Source: a virus. Taken from it: a stretch of DNA of 64,000 nt. The notes beneath the pieces are model-generated. The model saw nothing but the letters and a program-made list of their open reading frames with translations. It was not told the DNA's origin and ran no database searches. A program made the position numbers and the translations under genes. Numbering within the stretch: position 1 is the first letter of the stretch; the number at the start of each line of letters is the position of its first letter. Below are positions 43,935 through 53,831 of this stretch, in pieces. The DNA is taken from IMG/VR virus record IMGVR_UViG_3300033074_002003, one strand, 5' to 3'.

Positions 43935-46280
43935 ATGTCATTTTTCAAAATCTCCCCCGATCAGATTGAGACATTCACGATTGTTACAAATCCGTATCGA
44001 TCGTATGCCACATCGTCAGCGGGTGCTTTTGGTTCGATCTATGTGTTCCCACGTCGCTCTCCATTTGAGCGTGACGTAGTAGAGACGGGGACAGAAGCGA
44101 CGCGCTTCTCTGACGGTACGATCGATCAGCTCATTCAGGATATCAAGTCTTCTCTAACTTCGTCTACTGACATAAGTTCGGCTGTCAGTTCGTACATGGC
44201 AGCCGTTCACTCTAGACCGCAGTCGAAGAGAAATACGGCTACACTACCGATAGTGAGGTATGTACCAGGCAACATCTTCTCCGAGAGTACGCTGCGCAAA
44301 AATACCGTCAGGAAGCTTCTCTGTCCCTACTATCGCACAGAGATGCCGACGGCACACTGGGCGTATACAAACTACCACTCGATCAACTTTGCTCGTTCGG
44401 CGAACCTTTCGACGGGGTCTGCGCTGTTGTTTCCAAATGCTCCGATTTCGAACAGCACATTTGCGTCGGGCACGTATGTCGTAACGGGTGGGTTCACCTT
44501 TGAGTTCTCTGTCAACCCGCGGTTCGTAGCCAATTCTCCCACGACTGAATTCAGGGCGTCAACGCTGATGCACCTATCATCGTGCTTTGCTGTATCGATC
44601 GTGTCCGGCTCGGAGCGCGATCACAACAACAACACGCGTGGTTTCAGGGTGCTGCTTCAGTTGAGCCACAGCGCCGATATTTCTCCGTCTGTTGCTGCTG
44701 CGGGTACGTACCCACGTAACTTGGTCTTTTTGTCGGATGACAACTCGCTGAAGGCAAATACGTGGAGCAGGGTCGTGATCCGTTGGGGCACCAATTCTGT
44801 GAACCACGGAACTGGAACCATCCTCATTGACGGCGTGACACGCGGCACGTTCGTTGTGCCGTCATCGTCGATTGCCCCACGCTCGATGGCAGCGTTCGGA
44901 AACCCAGACGTGCTCTGCGTCGGAAATTTCTACGAAGGAACCAACGCCGGAACGTCACAGCTCGCGTACTTCTTTGCTGCTAACACCGCTGCAAGAGAGG
45001 GCCTCGTTCCGCTGACGAGCGATACGTCACGGGACGAGCCGGCGACCTACAGCTTCTCTCACCCTTTCAACGCCGAATTCCACGACCTCATCATACGTGA
45101 TGGGTACGCACCAGATGACCTCGTATTCAGCGGTTCGGGCGTCGGACCGGAAAATCTAGACGGTGTGAAGTTCTTCCTCCCGCCGTTCTTTACGAGCGAG
45201 TCTCCGTTCAGGAGGCAGGTGGGAACGAAGGGTGGTGTCCTTCAGACACCGTTCTTCTCGGTCGACGGCACGACAGACGATCCGTTCAACGCTGCGCTTG
45301 CGTTCGGTGTCGGCGGTCACTATATCAACGCAGAGAACTTCGTCCGCGATTTTGCTACGGGCCGGTACCCACTTCTTCACCAGCTGTCCGCGTCAGAGAT
45401 TACGACAACGACTGATGCCCTGTCGACTAACGAGACGTTCTACAGGGATCCCAACGTGAGGCGAAGGAACACTTTCATCCTCCCGTGCGATGATGGCAGC
45501 TACGTTCCGAATTTCGGATTGCTTCTCACGAGCTCCGCGACGTCATCGTTCTACGACGATCTGGGGGCTGACGATCCAAGCTTCATCTCGCTGAATGACA
45601 TGATTCCGAGCGGCAACTTTCTCGGATTCCTGCAACACGATTCCGGTTCATATTTTCAGCAGCTCGCGGGAGCGTCCCCGGAGTCTCCTGGCGTTGACCC
45701 GGGCTCTGTCCTCACAATCTTCCAGAGGACTCGCGATAACTCATCGAACCAAGTGACGCTGTTCAACATCAGCAACCTGTACTACGGCAACAGGATCAAA
45801 CCCGGGACGTTCTCTGTCAGTGACTCATCACTTTCCGGAACGGCGGGGGCTATTGGGATCACGCTGCGCGATGACGGTTACGGAAACCTCTATCGAGCAG
45901 ATTGTAGCGGATCGCACGCTAAGTGGAACTCAGTGGGCAACATCTTCTACAATGAGGGTGTCGTCGTCGTGAAGTCACCTCACCTTAACTTTTTTGGTGC
46001 AGACGCGTTCTCAATGACATTTCAGGGTGAACAGACGATTCACACCACGAAGATCAACGTCATCATCGGTAGCAATACACTAAACTCTTCTTCAAACACG
46101 TCATTTTCGCCGATTTCGGCCTCCTTTGCGGCGAACGAGACTGACGGACGGTTCGTGTACGTGACAGATGTCTACCTGATGGACGAGAACATGAACGTTG
46201 TCATGAAGACAGCTCTCGCACAGCCGATCTTGAAGCGGTACGGCGAAAAATACCTCGTGAGAGTCCAGCATGACTATTAA
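43935..46280 (+). CDS. putative tail/baseplate or fibre structural protein
   Basis: 781-aa ORF; C-terminal GNIFYNEGVVVVKSPHL and YVTDVYLMDENMNVVMKTALAQPILK paralogous to the previous gene. Confidence 0.35.
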   Translation: MSFFKISPDQIETFTIVTNPYRSYATSSAGAFGSIYVFPRRSPFERDVVETGTEATRFSDGTIDQLIQDIKSSLTSSTDISSAVSSYMAAVHSRPQSKRNTATLPIVRYVPGNIFSESTLRKNTVRKLLCPYYRTEMPTAHWAYTNYHSINFARSANLSTGSALLFPNAPISNSTFASGTYVVTGGFTFEFSVNPRFVANSPTTEFRASTLMHLSSCFAVSIVSGSERDHNNNTRGFRVLLQLSHSADISPSVAAAGTYPRNLVFLSDDNSLKANTWSRVVIRWGTNSVNHGTGTILIDGVTRGTFVVPSSSIAPRSMAAFGNPDVLCVGNFYEGTNAGTSQLAYFFAANTAAREGLVPLTSDTSRDEPATYSFSHPFNAEFHDLIIRDGYAPDDLVFSGSGVGPENLDGVKFFLPPFFTSESPFRRQVGTKGGVLQTPFFSVDGTTDDPFNAALAFGVGGHYINAENFVRDFATGRYPLLHQLSASEITTTTDALSTNETFYRDPNVRRRNTFILPCDDGSYVPNFGLLLTSSATSSFYDDLGADDPSFISLNDMIPSGNFLGFLQHDSGSYFQQLAGASPESPGVDPGSVLTIFQRTRDNSSNQVTLFNISNLYYGNRIKPGTFSVSDSSLSGTAGAIGITLRDDGYGNLYRADCSGSHAKWNSVGNIFYNEGVVVVKSPHLNFFGADAFSMTFQGEQTIHTTKINVIIGSNTLNSSSNTSFSPISASFAANETDGRFVYVTDVYLMDENMNVVMKTALAQPILKRYGEKYLVRVQHDY

Positions 46281-46701
46281 GCGCCCGCGCCGAGCGAAGA
46301 AAAAGAGATTTCACACAGGCACTTACGTGTCTACGAAAACCGGGAAATCGATGGTCTACAGGAGTTCGTGGGAGCTCGAATTCATGGAGTACCTCGATGC
46401 TGACGATACAGTGACATCGTACTCTTACGAGTCGGTCATCGTCCCGTATCGACGGTCGTTGAGATCGATTCGCATCAGCAAGTACATCGTCGATTTTAGG
46501 GTCGAGTACAGTTCTGGTGTCACTACGCTGTATGAAATCAAATCGTCGTCATTTGTGAACAGGCGTGTCAACCTCGCCAAGTTCAGCGCGTGTAGGACGT
46601 ACTGCACACAACACGGTTGGCAATTTTCTGTGCTGACAGAGGTAGAGCTTCGCGCGATGGGCCTGCTGAAACGAAAGGCTCCGGGTACGTTACAATCATA
46701 G
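46270..46701 (+). CDS. PD-(D/E)XK family endonuclease (TnsA-N / Hjc-like)
   Basis: Motifs YIVDFRVEY and LYEIKSS (D...E.K). Confidence 0.4.
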   Translation: MTIKRPRRAKKKRFHTGTYVSTKTGKSMVYRSSWELEFMEYLDADDTVTSYSYESVIVPYRRSLRSIRISKYIVDFRVEYSSGVTTLYEIKSSSFVNRRVNLAKFSACRTYCTQHGWQFSVLTEVELRAMGLLKRKAPGTLQS

Positions 46702-47457
46702 TTGATGAAGAAGCGATTTCTTGGGCTTGATATCAGCACATCGTGCACGGGTTGGACAGTGTTGGGTGAGGAGGGCGAGCTCATCAAGATGGGACACATC
46801 CTCTTCAAGGGCTGCGCGACACTCTGGGACAAAGTAGATCTCGCAAGGGAAGCACTAGCGGAAGTGCAGACAGAATTTGCGCCCGCGCAGGTTTTCATCG
46901 AAGAATCTCTCCAGGGATTCAGACCTGGGATGTCTTCTGCAAATACGCTCTTGATGCTCGCAAAGTTCAATGGCATCATCAGCTATGATATGCGCCACCT
47001 CACCGGTGTAGATCCGGTGTATATTTCTTCGGGCGAGGCGCGCAAGAGATGCGGAGTGAAGCTGATCCGTGAGAAGAAAAAACATCCCCGTCAGCTAGGA
47101 TACAAGCACCAGACCTTCAACGTAATTTCTAGCGGCCTTCTGGACGGTTACAGCTGGCCAGAGAAGAAGGGGAAAGATGACCCAGCTGCCACTCTGGCCG
47201 AACGTGTTGTCGATTGGGCACTAGATGAGGTCGATTCTTACGTCATCGCGCGGGCGGGCTGGCTTTCAACGCTGAACAAAACAGTACGTGCGGAGAAAAA
47301 TAAGGAGGATGTTCGCCCTCTCAGACAAAGTAAAGTTCATCGAAAGGGTGTTCGGAAAGGGGGACGTGACTCGCAACCTGACGAACATTCAGGTGACGTG
47401 CCCAATTTGTCTTCAGCAGAGTCAGAAGTGGTCGCAGAAGAGAAAGCTGGCGGTTAG
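46702..47457 (+). CDS. RuvC-fold Holliday-junction resolvase-like protein; the 3' ~150 nt overlap the primase gene
   Basis: LGLDISTSCTGWTVL ~ RuvC ILGIDPG..TG first-strand Asp motif; FIEESL second acidic site. Confidence 0.5.
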   Translation: MMKKRFLGLDISTSCTGWTVLGEEGELIKMGHILFKGCATLWDKVDLAREALAEVQTEFAPAQVFIEESLQGFRPGMSSANTLLMLAKFNGIISYDMRHLTGVDPVYISSGEARKRCGVKLIREKKKHPRQLGYKHQTFNVISSGLLDGYSWPEKKGKDDPAATLAERVVDWALDEVDSYVIARAGWLSTLNKTVRAEKNKEDVRPLRQSKVHRKGVRKGGRDSQPDEHSGDVPNLSSAESEVVAEEKAGG

Positions 47458-48286
47458 GCTCTCAGACGATCTTGTGCACTGTTGGGTCTGTGGCTATAGT
47501 TCGAGGAACCTTGTCCCGCTTCTCAGGAAGTTTGGAAGCCACGATGACCTGAGTTTCTACATCGAGAAGTCTGGGTCATCTCTCACATTTCAGAAGCCCG
47601 CCGAAGACGAAAGCGTTCCACTGAAGTTGCCCGAGGGGTTCAGGTTGATCGCCCCACTCATCGGCCGCGGCGATCGAGACGTTGTTCGTGCGATGCGATA
47701 CCTCAAGGAGCGCGGGCTCACAGCGTCAGACGCGTGGTACTACAAGTTTGGTGTCGCTCCGACGCTCCCAGATCGCGTCATCATGCCCTCATTCGATCAA
47801 GTGGGTGGGCTAAATTTCTGGACGGCCCGTTCGATCGTTGACGCTCGTCCGAAGTACATCGATCCCCCGAAGGAGTGTGTGAGGAAGAATGAGATCATCT
47901 TCAATGAGATCAACATTGACTGGAAGAAGGAGCTTGTCATCGTCGAGGGCCCATTTGACCTGACGAAGTGTCCCACCAATACGACAGCCCTTCGAGGCAA
48001 CCAACTCTCTGAAGAGTCTCGGCTACTTATACAGATCGTGATCCACGAGACTCCTTGTGTCGTGATGCTTGACGACGATGCAACTGATCGCGCCGGGAAA
48101 ATCGTGAGGACATTGGCGTCGTACGGCGTCACTGCAAAGCGCGCTAACCTCGGCGAATTTCACGATCCGGGCGAGATGACGAAGAAACAGGTTGCCGACT
48201 GCGTAAAAGCCGCACGTGAGCTACAATGGGAAGATCACCTCTCCGACAAGCTTTCTAAATTGGATCGCCTTCACCTCTCGTTTTGA
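47309..48286 (+). CDS. DnaG-type DNA primase (Zn ribbon plus TOPRIM), T4 gp61-like
   Basis: CPICLQQ..HCWVCGY zinc ribbon; TOPRIM ELVIVEGPFD and VVMLDDDATDRAG. Confidence 0.7.
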   Translation: MFALSDKVKFIERVFGKGDVTRNLTNIQVTCPICLQQSQKWSQKRKLAVRLSDDLVHCWVCGYSSRNLVPLLRKFGSHDDLSFYIEKSGSSLTFQKPAEDESVPLKLPEGFRLIAPLIGRGDRDVVRAMRYLKERGLTASDAWYYKFGVAPTLPDRVIMPSFDQVGGLNFWTARSIVDARPKYIDPPKECVRKNEIIFNEINIDWKKELVIVEGPFDLTKCPTNTTALRGNQLSEESRLLIQIVIHETPCVVMLDDDATDRAGKIVRTLASYGVTAKRANLGEFHDPGEMTKKQVADCVKAARELQWEDHLSDKLSKLDRLHLSF

Positions 48287-51200
48287 GGCACATGAAAATC
48301 TGTCACATCGCAGACATCCACATCCGTTCGATCAGCAGGCACGATGAGTACCGAACTGTGTTTCAGAGTCTCATCGACGACCTGAAAAAAGATCCCGTTG
48401 ACGTTATCTTTGTCGGGGGCGATGTCTGGCACACGAAAACAGCTGGGCTCACACCTGAGTACATCGACTTCATGCGGTGGTGGCTGACAGAGCTCGCGAA
48501 TTGTGCCGAGCTGTTTGTTACTCTTGGAAATCACGACGGAAATCTCGTCAACACTGACAGGCAGGATGCAGTGTCGCCGATCGTCGCCGCCCTCGCAAAC
48601 CCGCGCGTGAAGCTGTACAAGAAGAGCGGTGTATATGAGTTCAAGAAGGGCTGGAACTTCTGCGTCTACTCGCTATTCGATCGCGAGGGGTGGAAGAATG
48701 TATCACCCGAGAAGGGGAAGATCAACATCGCGTGCTATCACGGCGGTGTCAGGTCTTCTCTGACCGAGACGGGTTGGCCAATCGAAGAGGGCCCGTCTGT
48801 CGACTTCTTCGACGGGTATGACCTTGTCCTCCTCGGTGACATCCATCGCCAGCAGTTTCTCGGCAGCCCGAAGAACGGACAGCCGTGGATCGCGTACCCC
48901 GGAACGCCAGTCTGTCAGAACTACGCAGAGGGCTACCAGAAGCACGGGTACCTAAAATGGGTGCTGAATGATGACGGTGTCGTAAGCTCTGTTGATTTCG
49001 TCGAGCTGAAGCAACCGAACCCGTTCGTGACAGTCGACTGGGAGGGCGATCGAGAGAAGTTCGTCAAAGATATCGAGGAGCTTCCGGAGGCAGCGAGGTT
49101 CCGTGTCAAGAGCTCTGTGTTCGTATCACAGGATGACATGGGTGTCATCTCTGCGACACTGAAGAAGAAGAAATCGGCGATCGAAGTCGTCTTGAAGTCT
49201 GAGGTGACACACAAGAAGGACGTGTTCTCGGCGGGCGGCCTTGAGATGATGCGCGATGACTTGCGCAATGTCGAGGTCCTGACACTTCTCTTGAAGGATT
49301 TCTATCGCGGTATCTCTATCAGCAATTCTGAGTGGGATGACGTCACGAAACTCGTTGAGAAGTACTTGCGATCGGCTTCGAGTGACGACGAGTCACCGCG
49401 ACACGTCAAGTGGAGAATCGGCGAATTCTCGTTCGAGAACCTGTACTCTTACGGGCTCGGCAACAAGATCAACTTTGAGAAGCTGTCTGGTATCGTCGGA
49501 ATTTTCGGACCTAACAGGTCTGGGAAGTCATCGATCGTCGGGACGATGATGTATGGTCTCTTCAACACGACAGATCGCGGGGCGGTCAAAAACCTTCAGA
49601 TCGTAAATGACAGGAAGTCCTCCGGCGAGGCGAAGATCGCACTTCAGGTGGGTGAAGCGAAGTACGTGCTGACGCGTGAGACAAACAAAACAGACACGAA
49701 GAAGGGCATCACAGTCGCGGCCACTTCACTCGATCTGAGGCGTATCGCCGCTGACGGCTCTCTTGTGAACATGAACGGTGAGCAGAGAAATGACACCGAG
49801 AAGACGATCAGGAAGTTGATCGGTACACAGGACGATTTCCTGCTCACGTCAATGTCAACACAGGGTGATCTGAACAAGTTCATCAACGAGGGCTCTGCCT
49901 TCAGGAAACTGATTCTCACGAAGTTCCTCGACCTCGACATCTTTGAGAAGATGCACGAAGCAGCCAAAGCAGAGCTCAAAGCGGCGACAGCGATATCAAA
50001 GACGATCCCAAAGCGTGATTGGCCAGCAGAGCTAAAGAAGATCGACACAAAGCTGTCTAATTTTGATGACTTCGCAGAGAAGATCGAGACAAAGCTGTCT
50101 GAGCTTCGGGCATCGCTGCATACCGCACAGGTGAAGCTCGCGCTGTATAAAAACACCTCAACTGTGTCAGAGGACGAAATTTCTGCCGCAGTAGCTCTTC
50201 TAGAGTCGTACGTTGCTTCTTCTGAAGCGCTCGAAGTGCAGCTCAAGAAGCTTCGCCTCTCGCTGGAAAATGGTCACGATGCCCACGCTCGCGTCCTATC
50301 CCTTCTCGAGAACTACGACGCAGAACAGCTACGAATTGAGCGTGATAACGGCGTAGCACTAAAATCTGCGGCAAAGACGCTTGAGGCACAGCTCACTCGC
50401 GCGAAAGAGGATGTCGAGAGGTTGAAGAGGTCCGCAAAGAAGCTAAGTGTCGTCCCATGCGAAGACAAGTTTCCCACGTGCATGTTCATCAAAGACTCTC
50501 ACGTCGATAGGGGAGAACTACCCGCCGCAGAACAGAATGTCGCCGAACTAGAAAAATCTCTCGAGAGCACAAATTCGGCATTTTCTGACTGGCAGAAGCT
50601 CGATACGGAGAAGAAGTTCGCAGAGCACGCTCGCCTCCTGACAGAAGAGAGGTCACTCGCAAACGCTATCTCGGCGTCAGAGGTGTCGGTCACAAAGACA
50701 GAGAGCCAACTTAGTATTGCGAACGCGAAGCGCGGAGCACAGAAGATCAAGGTCGATGAGCTCGTCGAGGCTGCGGCTCGTGCGGAGAGTGTCGAGGCAC
50801 TTACTCTCCAGAGAGAGTGCGACTCGATCAACGAAGACATCAAGCGTTACGACAAAATGAAAGTCGATGCCGCCACCAGTCGCGGCAAATTTGAGACTGA
50901 GGCGAAGCAGCTGAAGTCACAGCAGTCACAGTACGAAAAAGTTCAGCATGACATTCACGTGACGGAGCTGATCTCAGAGGCTTTCTCGAAGCGCGGAATT
51001 CCCACGAAAATCATCAATTCGCAGCTGCCGGCGATAAACGCTACTGTCGCTGAAATTCTCCATGGCGTTGTGGATTACACGATTGAGTTCGTTGCGGACG
51101 AGGACTCGAACGCCCTTGACGTGATCTTGAACTACGGCGATTCAAAGAGGGTTATCGAGCTCGGATCTGGCATGGAGAAACTATTTGCGTCACTTGCAAT

Positions 51201-51438
51201 CAGGGTGGCACTTCACACGATCACCTCGCTCCCAAAGACCGACATGTTTGTCATTGACGAAGGATTTGGCTCTCTGGACGACCTCAATGTGGAGCCCTGT
51301 AATCGCCTCTTGAGATCGCTGAAGAGGTACTTCGGAACGGTGATTGTCATCACACACGTGGGTGGTATCAAGGATTCTGCCGACACGATCATTGAGATCG
51401 CTCGAGACGGAAAAGACTCGAAGGTGGTCGCAGAATGA
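48283..51438 (+). CDS. single-polypeptide fusion of Mre11/SbcD-like nuclease (T4 gp47-like) and Rad50/SbcC-like ABC ATPase (T4 gp46-like)
   Basis: N-terminal phosphoesterase motifs ICHIADIHI, FVGGDVWH, TLGNHD; Walker A FGPNRSGKSS at ~aa 410; long coiled coil with CEDKFPTC hook-like motif; signature GSGMEK; Walker B MFVIDEGFGSLD; H-loop IVITHV. Confidence 0.75.
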   Translation: MRHMKICHIADIHIRSISRHDEYRTVFQSLIDDLKKDPVDVIFVGGDVWHTKTAGLTPEYIDFMRWWLTELANCAELFVTLGNHDGNLVNTDRQDAVSPIVAALANPRVKLYKKSGVYEFKKGWNFCVYSLFDREGWKNVSPEKGKINIACYHGGVRSSLTETGWPIEEGPSVDFFDGYDLVLLGDIHRQQFLGSPKNGQPWIAYPGTPVCQNYAEGYQKHGYLKWVLNDDGVVSSVDFVELKQPNPFVTVDWEGDREKFVKDIEELPEAARFRVKSSVFVSQDDMGVISATLKKKKSAIEVVLKSEVTHKKDVFSAGGLEMMRDDLRNVEVLTLLLKDFYRGISISNSEWDDVTKLVEKYLRSASSDDESPRHVKWRIGEFSFENLYSYGLGNKINFEKLSGIVGIFGPNRSGKSSIVGTMMYGLFNTTDRGAVKNLQIVNDRKSSGEAKIALQVGEAKYVLTRETNKTDTKKGITVAATSLDLRRIAADGSLVNMNGEQRNDTEKTIRKLIGTQDDFLLTSMSTQGDLNKFINEGSAFRKLILTKFLDLDIFEKMHEAAKAELKAATAISKTIPKRDWPAELKKIDTKLSNFDDFAEKIETKLSELRASLHTAQVKLALYKNTSTVSEDEISAAVALLESYVASSEALEVQLKKLRLSLENGHDAHARVLSLLENYDAEQLRIERDNGVALKSAAKTLEAQLTRAKEDVERLKRSAKKLSVVPCEDKFPTCMFIKDSHVDRGELPAAEQNVAELEKSLESTNSAFSDWQKLDTEKKFAEHARLLTEERSLANAISASEVSVTKTESQLSIANAKRGAQKIKVDELVEAAARAESVEALTLQRECDSINEDIKRYDKMKVDAATSRGKFETEAKQLKSQQSQYEKVQHDIHVTELISEAFSKRGIPTKIINSQLPAINATVAEILHGVVDYTIEFVADEDSNALDVILNYGDSKRVIELGSGMEKLFASLAIRVALHTITSLPKTDMFVIDEGFGSLDDLNVEPCNRLLRSLKRYFGTVIVITHVGGIKDSADTIIEIARDGKDSKVVAE

Positions 51439-51725
51439 GCGGTCTAAAGGTGACAAGGGGTGAATCGTCGATTCTGCTTGTCAGAGAGGGAGCTACGTCA
51501 CCCATACCGTTGTTTTGTCCCGTCTGTGATCTCATGATGAGAACAGCCGAAGACGCCGCAGCGCATCGCGAGTCTACGTGTTGTGCTGCGTGCGCGAGGA
51601 AGTGGCGAGATTCAAATCGATCTCGATGGGCATCTGGTTGGAGACCTACCACAAAAGAAGTCAGTGAAGAGGTCTCTACAAGGAGAATTGTACCCATCTC
51701 GCTAAAGCTTGAGGAAGACGCATAG
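51435..51725 (+). CDS. small Zn-finger protein
   Basis: CPVC..HRESTCCAAC. Confidence 0.35.
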   Translation: MSGLKVTRGESSILLVREGATSPIPLFCPVCDLMMRTAEDAAAHRESTCCAACARKWRDSNRSRWASGWRPTTKEVSEEVSTRRIVPISLKLEEDA

Positions 51726-51746
51726 TTATCTCCGCACGGAGATAAA

Positions 51747-52139
51747 ATGGAACTCGAAAATGGCCTTGATGTAGATGCTTTGGGACAGGCGACGGACAAC
51801 ACGTTCGGGCGGTCGTCTACAACGGCGTGTGCGACAAACTCTGTAAAAATCAGGCTAGTCGGCGACGGTCTGCTGCAGGTAGATTACCTGTCTTCTGTCA
51901 CGTATGCGTCAGATGCGATGATGCGCGACGTGATGAAGAAGTACGGTGATGAGTCTGATTCTGCGATCAATTCTGCGATGAAGACGGTGAAAGCAGAGTA
52001 CCGCAGGATCTGCGACAAGCAGCTGAAAGCAAAAGCTGTAGGCAATCCCGACTCGTCGATCGAGGCTGTGAACATGTCGTCTCACAGTCCCATCAAGCGT
52101 GGTTTCTACCGGAAGCGCTGTGTGTTTGAGGTGAAGTGA
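51747..52139 (+). CDS. 16: terminase small subunit (T4 gp16-like)
   Basis: Sits immediately upstream of, and ATGA-coupled to, terminase large; N-terminus MELENGLDVDALGQ resembles T4 gp16 MEGLDINKLLDISDL. Confidence 0.5.
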   Translation: MELENGLDVDALGQATDNTFGRSSTTACATNSVKIRLVGDGLLQVDYLSSVTYASDAMMRDVMKKYGDESDSAINSAMKTVKAEYRRICDKQLKAKAVGNPDSSIEAVNMSSHSPIKRGFYRKRCVFEVK

Positions 52140-53806
52140 TGACTGCTCCCAAAGCAGCGGTCTCTACCAAAGAGATCATGCGAAAAGAGCTCATCGCGTG
52201 TGCCGAGAGCCCAGAGTACTTCCTGAAGACATACGCAAAAATCGTTCACCCTACAAGGGGGCGAATTCCATTTAAGACCTACGCATTTCAGGATGACTGT
52301 CTGAAGTCGTTCATGGATCACCGCTTCAATATCGTCCTGAAGTCGCGCCAGCTCGGTCTCTCGACCGTGACAGCGGGATTTGCCACGTGGTACGCTATGT
52401 TCGCGCGCGACAAGACAGTTCTTGTTATCGCGACGAAGCTAGACGTCGCGATGAACTTCATCAAGAAGGTGAAGACGATCCTCTCAAATCTCCCACCATG
52501 GTTCGGCAGCGTCGTCTCTATCAAAGGCGAGACAAAAAAGTCGATCGAGCTTGCGAATGGCTCTACGATCACCGCTATCCCGACTTCCGAAGACGCCGGT
52601 CGTTCAGAAGCGCTGTCACTCCTGATCGTAGATGAGGCGGCAATCATCAAGGACTTCGAAGAGGTATGGACAGGCCTCTATCCGACGATCTCAACGGGAG
52701 GTCGCGCCATCCTGCTCTCTACGCCGAAGGGCGCGATGGGACAGTTCTACGAAATCTGGCAGCAGGCGATAAACGGCGAGAACGATTTCAATGCCACAAA
52801 GTTGATGTGGTACGTGCACCCAGAGCACGACGAAGAGTGGTTCAAAAAAGAGACTCGGGGCTTCTCACCGCGTAAAATCAGCCAGGAATTTTTGTGCGAC
52901 TTCAACGCGTCCGGCGATACTTTCATCACAGTCGATGACATGGAATGGTTGCGCTCGCAAGTCCAAGCGTGTGTGGATCGCTGGGGAGATGACGGGAACG
53001 TGTGGGTGTGGGAGAAGCCGCAGTACGGTGAGAAGTATTGCCTGTCGGGCGACGTGTCTCGAGGCAATGCGGAGGACTTTTCTACATTCCACGTTTTCAA
53101 GATGTCTACAAATGAGCTCGTCGCTGAGTACAAGGGTAAGTTGCCTCCTGATGAATTCGGCATGCTCATCAACGACATCGGCAAGAGGTACAATACCGCG
53201 CTAGTGTGTCCAGAGAACAACACGTTCGGATACTCTACGATCAGAGCACTGAAGACCGCGGGATACAAGAACCTCTACTACGAGGGTAGGCGACCAGGCT
53301 ACGTTCCGTATGACGAGAAAGAGATGGCGGGATTCTCGACGCAGAAAAATACGCGTGAGAAGATTCTAACCAACCTAGAGAGAGCCATCAGAAACAAGAC
53401 GATCAAGCTTCGCTCTGAGAGGTTGTACCTAGAGCTGAAGACATTCGTATGGATTGGCCAACGTGCCCGGGCACAGGACGGAAATCACGATGACCTCGTG
53501 ATGAGTGCAGCCATCGGTGCTTACCTTCTGGATCCGAACGGTGGGGCTGTTGACAATGGTGATGCTGCTGGCTTGCTCGGTGCAATGTCCGTGTCGTCTC
53601 GCGACGCGGGTGAGATTTCTGGCATGGGCAGGGATATCACCGCGCTTACGAATCCCAACATGATGGTCGCTGCAACGAACCGGGTCGCGATGCGACCCAT
53701 CATGGGATCTGAGACGATCGGAGTACAGGAGCAGCTGCGCAACATGGGATTTGGGGCGCGAGATCAGAGCCTTAGCGATTTTTCGTGGGTGCTCAAGGGA
53801 CGCTGA
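52136..53806 (+). CDS. 17: terminase large subunit (T4 gp17-like ATPase/nuclease)
   Basis: KSRQLGLSTVTAGF ~ gp17 SRQLGKTTVVAIF; ELANGSTITA ~ ELDNGSSIGA; LLIVDEAAII Walker B; HDDLVMSAAIGAYL ~ gp17 HDDLVMSLVIFGWL. Confidence 0.9.
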   Translation: MMTAPKAAVSTKEIMRKELIACAESPEYFLKTYAKIVHPTRGRIPFKTYAFQDDCLKSFMDHRFNIVLKSRQLGLSTVTAGFATWYAMFARDKTVLVIATKLDVAMNFIKKVKTILSNLPPWFGSVVSIKGETKKSIELANGSTITAIPTSEDAGRSEALSLLIVDEAAIIKDFEEVWTGLYPTISTGGRAILLSTPKGAMGQFYEIWQQAINGENDFNATKLMWYVHPEHDEEWFKKETRGFSPRKISQEFLCDFNASGDTFITVDDMEWLRSQVQACVDRWGDDGNVWVWEKPQYGEKYCLSGDVSRGNAEDFSTFHVFKMSTNELVAEYKGKLPPDEFGMLINDIGKRYNTALVCPENNTFGYSTIRALKTAGYKNLYYEGRRPGYVPYDEKEMAGFSTQKNTREKILTNLERAIRNKTIKLRSERLYLELKTFVWIGQRARAQDGNHDDLVMSAAIGAYLLDPNGGAVDNGDAAGLLGAMSVSSRDAGEISGMGRDITALTNPNMMVAATNRVAMRPIMGSETIGVQEQLRNMGFGARDQSLSDFSWVLKGR

Positions 53807-53831
53807 TAGTTAAAGGGACGGTGGGACTAGA

